Of a stretch of 64,000 nucleotides of DNA, positions 51,979 to 64,000 are shown one piece after another (position 1 is the first letter of the stretch; the number at the start of each line of letters is the position of its first letter). The translations under genes were made by a program, and so were the position numbers. The notes beneath the pieces were generated by a model. The model had not been told where the DNA came from, did not search any database, and saw only the letters and a list, made by a program, of their open reading frames with translations. The DNA lies in the NCBI RefSeq assembly GCF_039654945.1, contig NW_027361767.1, positions 10,168,001 to 10,232,000 on the forward strand, given 5' to 3'. The stretch comes from Dendrobates tinctorius (taxonomy: Eukaryota).

Positions 51979-52848
51979 TATAACCTTTACTTCACAGTGT
52001 GTTGTAGTAATCTTAATGTTCCCCAACCTCCTCACATCTCCCCATCACTTCTGACAATACGCCTACTGTTACTCTGCATCTACCTACCACCTATCCTACT
52101 GCACGCCGGCCAAACATAATGTTCCCCTATGGAAATACAGAACTGAGAGGCCTGAGCCGGCTCCACAGGGGGTCTGTAAGGTCTGTGGCTCAGCATAATG
52201 GACGCACAGTTCCTGGTGTATAAAGTAGAAAGACAACCAGATGCTTGTACGGGCTGTGGTAATAACATGTGTCGGATGCAGCGCGCGTCCCGTGTACATG
52301 GATCTCACCACAGGACGTCTATATGGAGAAAGTGCTGAAGAACAATGACCCAGAGAAGATCCCAGAGAGATTGTTATAGCAGACAGAACCTTCGTTGGAA
52401 GACGGTTTGAACATCTACCAGGAAATACGGTCATTGTGGCCAAATGATGAATCAACGTGAATGTTCTGAGTGGAACTCGTCTTAGATAAGTATTCCGGAG
52501 AGTCTGGATCAAAACCAGGTTGGGTTGAAGGGCAAGCAATAAAAAAAAGTCATTAGTCTGTGGGAAGACCTGCTACAAAGGAGCAAGTCTGGGCTGAAAT
52601 ATGATTATTTTTTTTCCCCTAGTATAAAAATAAATGTTCTCCACAGTCTGATGTCTGAAGATCCTGACCATGAGGTGATGATATTCCAAATTTTTTTTTT
52701 TTTATCAAGATCTGGTTAAAATAAGACCAGACACCACTTCCTTCTTTGTCTCGGAAGACAAATATTTCCTCTTACACAAAGACATTTTTTATATTCTTTA
52801 TTACTCTAAAAGGCAAAACAGTTAACTGTCCCAAGATACAGGGTCTAA

Positions 52849-53259
52849 GGCCTCATACCCATTGGCGATTAAAAAAGGGTGGAGTGTTATGGCAGTGTCA
52901 TGCGTTTTCTATGCGATTTTTAATCTTTCCATCCGTTTTCCATCCGTTTGCGATCCGTTTTTTTTTCCCAGCACCTATTTTTATACAGTCATTTACAGGA
53001 CCATTTACTGTGTTCTATACCACAGAATGGAAAACGGATGGTCCGTTTTTGGTGCGTTTTTTTTAATCGCACCCATTGACTTGTATTGGCAAAAATCGCT
53101 GCAAATCGCGGCATGCTGCGATTTTTTTTCTCAGACCGATTTTGGATGAGAAAATAATCGCAAGTGAGATGTCACCCATTCACTAACATTGGTCAGAGTG
53201 CAATCCGATTTAAAATCGGATTGCACTCATCCGATTTTATCGCCAGTGAGTATGAGGCC
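52849..53259. mobile_element. PIF/Harbinger-type MITE
   Basis: TAA TSD; TIR GGCCTCATAC.CA.TGGCGAT / ATCGCCAGTGAGTATGAGGCC. Confidence 0.85.
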
Positions 53260-53486
53260 TAAGAGTCTTTTCCTCGGCGTCTTCATTGCCTATATCACCA
53301 GCATGTAAGTCTTCACTGGTATAGACCACTAGGGACTTTACCATTAAGGCAAACATTTTTACCTTAAAGGGACTGTCCACTACTAGGACAACCTCTTCTT
53401 GATCAAAATGTTTGGTCCCATAAAATAATAAAGCCTATACTCACCTCCGGTGCCGGTGGCGTTCCCACGATGGACGACTTCTTTAA

Positions 53487-54504
53487 CCCCTTCATGACCA
53501 GAGATATTTTCGTTTTTGCGGTTTCATTTTTTGCTCCCCTTCTTCCCAGAGCCATATCTTTTTTTATTTTTTGGGTCAAAATGGCCATGTGAGGGCTTGT
53601 TTTTTTGCGGGACAAGTTGTACTTTTGAACGGTATCATTTGTTTTAACATATCGTGTACTGGAAAACGGGGAAAAAAATCCGAGTGCTGTGAATTTGCAA
53701 AAATGTGCAATTCCACAGTGGTATTTTGGTTATTTTTTGTTTACCATGTTTACTAAATGCTTAAACTGACCTGTCATTATGATTCTCCAGGTCACTCCGA
53801 GTTCACAGACACCAAACATGTCCAGGTTCTTTTTTATTTAAGTGGTGAAAAAAATTCCAAACTTTGGTAAAAAAAAAAAAAAAAGGCACCATTTTCCGAG
53901 ACCTGTAGCATCTCCATTTTTCGTGATTTTGGGTTGGGCGAGGACTTATTTTTTGCGAGCCGAGCTGACGTTTTTATTGATACTATTTTGGTGTAGATAC
54001 GATCTTTTGATCGCCTGTTATTGCATTTTATTGCAATGTCGCGGTGACCAAAAATGTAATTCTGGAGTTTTTAATTTTTTTCTTGTTACGCCGTTTAGCG
54101 ATCAGGTTAATTCTTTTTTTATATTGATAGATCGGACGATTCTGAACTCAGTGATACTAAAAATGTGTATGTTTGAAATTTTTTATTGTTTTATTTTGAA
54201 TGGGGTGAAAAGGGGGTGATTTGAACTTTTAATTTTTGTAATATTTTTAAAAGCTTTTTTTTTTAACTTTTTTGCATGCTTCAATAGTCTCCATGGGAGA
54301 CAAGAAGCTGCAGATTGACAGCGGTATTTAACAGATTAACAGCCGCGGGTGGATTGCGATTCCACCCGCGGCTGTTAGAGGCACATGTCAGCTGTTCAAA
54401 ACAGCTGACACGTGACAAGAAAGATATGGGCTCAGCGCCGGAGCCCACATCAAAGGGAGGGATACCGATGTGGGCGTATTATTATGTCCAGCGTCGGAAA
54501 GGAG
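53487..54504. mobile_element. Non-autonomous piggyBac-like element
   Basis: TTAA on both sides (53483-86, 54505-08); ends CCCCTT.../...AAGGAG (imperfect). Confidence 0.65.
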
Positions 54505-54508
54505 TTAA

Positions 54509-54872
54509 AGAAAATCAATCACCAAGTCAAGATCCAGGCCATTTATTATTTTTTCCCACTGTCTCCCTGAGTATTTCGCGGTTTTCTTTTTTTAAATCCG
54601 CCATATGGTTTCAGATATATGGAATTGTTTATCTAAATGCTCATTTTTATGCTCATTACTAAGCGAGCATAGCAATCTAAAGACATGCCCCCATAAAATC
54701 CTATGAGATACTCCCCTTTGGTAAAGACACTAAAAATTAGCACTAAGTAAAAAGGAGCATATCTCTGGAACTGTATGACGGATTAAAAAAAAAAAAAAAA
54801 AAAGGGAAGTACTCAGGGGACCAGTGGGAATTAAATAAGATTAGGAACTAGCCACTTCTGAACTAGTGACAG
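54509..54872. mobile_element. Palindromic T2/TTAA-type MITE
   Basis: Long imperfect inverted repeat (ttcccactgtctccctgagtattt / aagtactcaggggaccagtgggaa). Confidence 0.6.
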
Positions 54873-54959
54873 TTAAGGTCAGACTCCTACATCGAATACA
54901 GACCAGAATGCATGTACCGACCGCGGATCTCTTAATCTGAACTCAACAGCCTCGTGCAT

Positions 54960-55930
54960 GGAACAGCAGTATTGTATTTGAGCATTGAATGGCAGTAGTT
55001 TATGGGAAATGTATGGCCGCACCTACTCAATATGGTAGTATTATTTGGATAGCATGCTAAGGTAATATTTAGGAATTATATGGCACTATTATTTATGGAT
55101 ACTGTATGGGAGTATTATTTAAGCTATGTATTTCAGCTACTGAGACTAACATTTAGTCACTAAATCAAGAATTTTATTTTTTATTGTAAATATAACTGTT
55201 TAAAATCAGTTAACAGAAACAAACATACGGTATATCGAAACTCAAGTTGAAACAAAGTGCAATAAATATCATGTGCATACTACGTGATGCAATGTATAAG
55301 CAGAAGAAATATATTGTGTGGGACATGTATAGCAGGATGAGCAGTATATAGTAGTATTATTTGAATACTGCATGGCGACATTTTTTGGGCGGAATATGGA
55401 TTATATTATGTGGATACTGAATGGGAGAATTATTTAGGTATTGTGAGCCACTTATTTAGACACTGTATAACAGTTTTATTTAGTCACTTAATGAAGTATT
55501 GTGTGGGAAATATATCACAGTATGAGCACTACATAGTAGAATAATTTGGATATTGTATTGTACCTGTATGCAATGTGGGCCCCCTCAAGAATCATGGCCT
55601 GGGTGCAGCCGCTATCTCCTTAGGGGCACCTATGGACTGAATTCCCACAATATAAACCTTTAGGACCTTGGATCTTCGTGAACTTTTCCATTAAGCTAAT
55701 AATTTTTACCTTAAAGCAGCATCTGTCTCCAGATTTCAATTATTTGCGTACAGAATGGCAGTATTATGTGGATTATATATGGCAGTATAGCAGTATCTTT
55801 TGAATAATATGTGGAGGTAATATTTATACACTGTATGGCTGTATTATTTGGGTTGAATATGCATTGCATTATTATGTGGCTATTGCATGGGAGTATTATT
55901 AAGGCTATTTATGACAGTTGTTTAGACTCT
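54960..55930 (-). repeat. Degenerate AT-rich minisatellite, reverse orientation of 46660-47800
   Basis: Recurring tggcagtattat / attatttgga motifs. Confidence 0.6.
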
Positions 55931-56221
55931 CTATACCATTTTCATTTAGGTATTGAATTAAGTGTGTGGGTGTGATGGTAGTCACTTATCATGGATGTGC
56001 CATGAGGCAGGGTTATCAAACATTCTGGTCACTGTCCGAGGGCAGAATACCAGGAAGGTATCAGATCAGAGCAAAGGACCTAGGCAAATGGAAGGTCAGA
56101 AGAGGTCCAAGGTCAGACAGCAAAAGACCAACAAACAAAGCGCAGGAAAACAAGGCAAGCGTGCACCACTGAGAAAATGCTACAATTGGCAGAGATCTGG
56201 GATTGACAGCTTAGCTAAGTA

Positions 56222-60065
<3,844 letters not shown>

Positions 60066-61959
60066 TAGCAGGCTAATCACTTAGAACAGGGTTCATCTGA
60101 AGGGAGCTCAGCACCTTCAAGTCTCAGACTGGACAGCTAAGTTGTCGCTCAAAATACGGACAGCTCAGTACACCAGTGCACTAGATTGGACAACTGGTGT
60201 CACTGGGTTACCGCCCACAGTGTGGAACCAGAAGACCGCAGCGTCTGATTGCTGGTACTCCGGAATATGTCTCTAGAATATGTCTGGTCCAGAGAGACAG
60301 GCCATGAAGGACTACATGATGGAAACCCTAGCTAAGGGTCATATCAGACCATCCTGGTCCCCCATTGTCACGGGGTTCTTTTATGTAAAAAAAAAAAAAT
60401 GATTGGGGGTTACACCCTTGCCTGGATTTCTGTGGACTCTATATGATCACTGTCCATAATCCTTATCCTCTTCCTCTCATTCCAGACCTCTTTAACCAGA
60501 TTTCAGGGGCAAAATGGTTCGCTAATATGGACCTCGAGGGGGGGGGTGTATAATTTCATCCACATTAAAGAGGCAGATGAGTGGAAAACAGTGTTCAATA
60601 CGCTGGGAGGGACACTATGAGAATCTGGTCATGCCTTTTGGGTTTACTAACGCACCCGCCGTCTTTCAACATCTTTAGTCACCTGGTAGGTAATCTATCT
60701 TAATGACATACTAATTTATTCTCCTGACCGTGAGTCACACCAGGGACATGTCAGGCAGGTCTTACATATATTTCGAGACAATAAATTATATGTCAAACCC
60801 GAGAAGTGTTATGTTCTCAGTAGAGGAGATCCCTTTACCTGCAATATGTGTTGTCTTCCACCGGTTTTCACATGGATCTGGCGAAAGTCCCAGAGGTATT
60901 GGATGGGGTCATCCAGAGGATTTGAAGTTGTTACAAAGATATTTAGGTTTCGCCAACTACTACCGTAAGTTTATAAAAAAACTTTTCGGTAGTAGCCAAA
61001 CCTCTTATGGATATGACCAGGAAGGGGATGGACTTCTCCAAGTGGTCCAGTCCTGTCAGGAAGGCATTTGATACATTGAAAAGGTGTTTTTCTTTTCTGC
61101 TGGTTCTTATTCAGCCTGACATTTCTCAGCCTTTTATCAATGAGGTCGATGCGTCTGAGGTGGGAGTGGGGGCTGTATTGTCGCAGGGTGTGTCTCCTGG
61201 TAAATGGCAACCATGTGCCTATTTTTCTAAAAAACTGTCACCTGCTGAGAAAAATTATGACATTGGTAACAGCGAACTCTTCGCCATCAAATGGGCTTTT
61301 GAGGAGTGGCGTCATTTTTTTGAGTGAGTTGTTCACCCAGTGATGGTAATTATGGATCATAAGAATCTGGTATACTTGGAATCGGCAAAACGTTTAACAC
61401 CTCGACAGGCAAGATGGGTGTTGTTCTTTACCAGGTTTAACTTTTTTGTCTCTTATAGGCTGGGGAACAAAAAATAAGGCAGATGCCTTATCCCATTGCT
61501 TTCCTAGGGGAAAAAATAAGTGTGAACCTGTAACAATTCTTCAAAAAGGGGTCGTTATGGTGTCTATATGCTCCGATCTGGAAAGAGAGATTGTTGACAC
61601 CCAGGGGAACGCACCTGCTGCATGTCCACTTGGTAAACGGTTTGAACCGGTAATTCTCTGTCTTAGAGTCCTCAGTGAACATCACGATTCAGTGTTGGCC
61701 GGACATACTGGTAATAAAACCTTCGCTGATCTGCTTACTCAGCGCTTTTGGTGGCCAGGTGCTCATAAGGATGTTCGGGAGTATGTAGCCACCTGCAGTG
61801 TCTGCGCGCGTTCTAAGGCCTTTCACACTCATCCTTCGGGGGCGCTCCAACCTTTGCAGATTCCCAGCAGACCTTGGGCTCATTTGTTGGTCGATTTTAT
61901 CATGGATCCACCCCTGTCGGCAGGGAATACTGTAATTCTTGTGGTGGTAGATATATTTA

Positions 61960-63826
61960 AACTCATATATAAATCCCTAAAACAATACTTTATTATTTAA
62001 AAACCACAGATGTGGTACACACCGGAAAAATGTGACAGTAATAGAAAAAATGAAAAATAGGTGTTCAAAATTAAACCCACACTAGGGTAACCCCTACGAG
62101 TCCCTATTAGGTAACTATGCTGTACCCTGCCTGGCTGCGGAGGTTGGCACCCTAAGGGGGGGACGTTGTGGCGCCCCCGCTCACGATGGCTATCCCTGGG
62201 GGCCCTGATAAACCCTACAGCCACTAGTGGTCCCTTCTACCCAATGTAAGGGAACCCCTCGTTCTAGACAGAGATCAGACCTGCTCTATAGAGGACCCTG
62301 TGTCCCAAAAAGAGAGGTTAAAAACAAATTAGAACACACATGGCATAGAGTGGCATATTTGAAGTCCCACAGAAAGATACAGGCAAACTTCAAGGCAGAC
62401 CAGTGGGGTATCTCAGTTCAGATCATGCCTAATTCTTATATACACAATAAGGAGATGCCATCAATAGTCTCCCACTAATGAAAATATATGGGAAACGCAG
62501 AGCTGCAACAGCGGTACTTATCTGCGTTTTTCGCCACCTGCCATCAATTTATGAATGCCTCAAACAAATTAGAACACACATGGCATCGAGTGGCATATTG
62601 AAGTCCCACAAAAAGATACAGACAAACTTCAAGGCAGCCCAGTGGGGTATCTCAGTTCAGATAATGCCTAATTCTTATATACAAAATAAGGAGAGGCATC
62701 TTTTACAAAAATCGATGTAGAAATAGCTGAAAGATGCCATCAATAGTCTCCCACTAATGAAAATATATGGGAAACGCAGAGCTGCAACAGCGGTACTTAT
62801 CTGCGTTTTTCGCCACCTGCCATCAATTTATGAATGCCTCAACGCGTTTCGCCTTCCAGGGCTCATCAGGAGGCCCGATGCTACGATATTTCGTGTCCAA
62901 TATAGGTGCAAATAGCTTATAAATTGATGGCAGGTGGCGAAAAACGCAGATAAGTACCGCTGTTGCAGCTCTGCGTTTCCCATATATTTTCATTAGTGGG
63001 AGACTATTGATGGCATCTTTCAGCTATTTCTACATCGATTTTTGTAAAAGATGCCTCTCCTTATTTTGTATATAAGAATTAGGCATTATCTGAACTGAGA
63101 TACCCCACTGGGCTGCCTTGAAGTTTGTCTGTATCTTTTTGTGGGACTTCAATATGCCACTCGATGCCATGTGTGTTCTAATTTGTTTGAGGCATTCATA
63201 AATTGATGGCAGGTGGCGAAAAACGCAGATAAGTACCGCTGTTGCAGCTCTGCGTTTCCCATATATTTTCATTAGTGGGAGACTATTGATGGCATCTCCT
63301 TATTGTGTATATAAGAATTAGGCATGATCTGAACTGAGATACCCCACTGGTCTGCCTTGAAGTTTGCCTGTATCTTTCTGTGGGACTTCAAATATGCCAC
63401 TCTATGCCATGTGTGTTCTAATTTGTTTTTAACCTCTCTTTTTGGGACACAGGGTCCTCTATAGAGCAGGTCTGATCTCTGTCTAGAACGAGGGGTTCCC
63501 TTACATTGGGTAGAAGGGACCACTAGTGGCTGTAGGGTTTATCAGGGCCCCCAGGGATAGCCATCGTGAGCGGGGGCGCCACAACGTCCCCCCCTTAGGG
63601 TGCCAACCTCCGCAGCCAGGCAGGGTACAGCATAGTTACCTAATAGGGACTCGTAGGGGTTACCCTAGTGTGGGTTTAATTTTGAACACCTATTTTTCAT
63701 TTTTTCTATTACTGTCACATTTTTCCGGTGTGTACCACATCTGTGGTTTTTAAATAATAAAGTATTGTTTTAGGGATTTATATATGAGTTTGATTTGAGA
63801 ACCCTTAAGGATTATAATTTTCATAT
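61960..63826. mobile_element. Non-coding palindromic retroelement insertion (Penelope-like/retrozyme-like) with central hammerhead
   Basis: Arms 61959-62831 and 62919-63791; 15-bp TSD TGGTAGATATATTTA (61945-61959 / 63827-63841). Confidence 0.85.
62836..62874 (-). ncRNA. Minimal type I hammerhead ribozyme, all core nucleotides intact
   Basis: Minus strand GCCTC-CTGATGA-GCC(ctggaa)GGC-GAA-ACGCGT-T-GAGGC; palindromic stem III as in Penelope-associated hammerheads. Confidence 0.88.
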
Positions 63827-64000
63827 TGGTAGATATATTTAGTAAAATGTCTCATTTTATCGGTTTGTCAGCATTACCAAATGCTAAATCCTTGGCACAA
63901 GTTTTCGTCAGGGAAATAATTAGATGGCATAGGATCCTGACCGATATTGTTTCTGATGGAGGGTTGCAGTTTTAATGGTAATCGCCCTTCTGGATTACTG

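Larger units (their letters stand above)
60280..64000 (+). pseudogene. Degenerate chromoviral Gypsy pol F (RT-RH-IN), split by the palindromic insertion
   Basis: [34 protein letters not shown]; VILVVVDIF rejoins SKMSHFI across 61960-63826. Confidence 0.88.

Noticed and set aside
61997-63753. Mirrored 75-83 aa ORFs as genes
   Set aside because: Short, no recognisable motifs; duplicated only because of the palindrome.

Overview
Eukaryotic, almost certainly vertebrate DNA, most likely an anuran (frog); this is inferred from the TE families and the 35-36 bp satellite. No host protein-coding gene can be recognised. The window is a dense nest of transposable elements and satellites. A dead minus-strand Ty3/Gypsy element (8242-24978) contains a near-intact Sushi/PEG10-like chromovirus (12424-18329), a solo LTR and a Tc1. 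Also present are an intact L2 LINE ORF with a 2A-like motif (34071-37247), an intact DD34E Tc1 (50373-51978), CR1 fragments, Harbinger/piggyBac/T2-type MITEs and a 3.9 kb non-autonomous hAT filled with minisatellites. The most interesting signals are RNA-level: (1) a 1.87 kb non-coding insertion that is an 873-bp-arm palindrome with a minimal hammerhead ribozyme in its spacer, a 15-bp TSD and an internal junction at the predicted self-cleavage site; (2) a 401-bp direct-repeat unit pairing a hammerhead with an snRNA-type octamer+SPH enhancer (retrozyme/newt satellite-2-like); (3) a tRNA-independent self-priming signature in the chromovirus; (4) two -1 frameshift pseudoknots. All coordinates were read by eye and may be off by a few bases.
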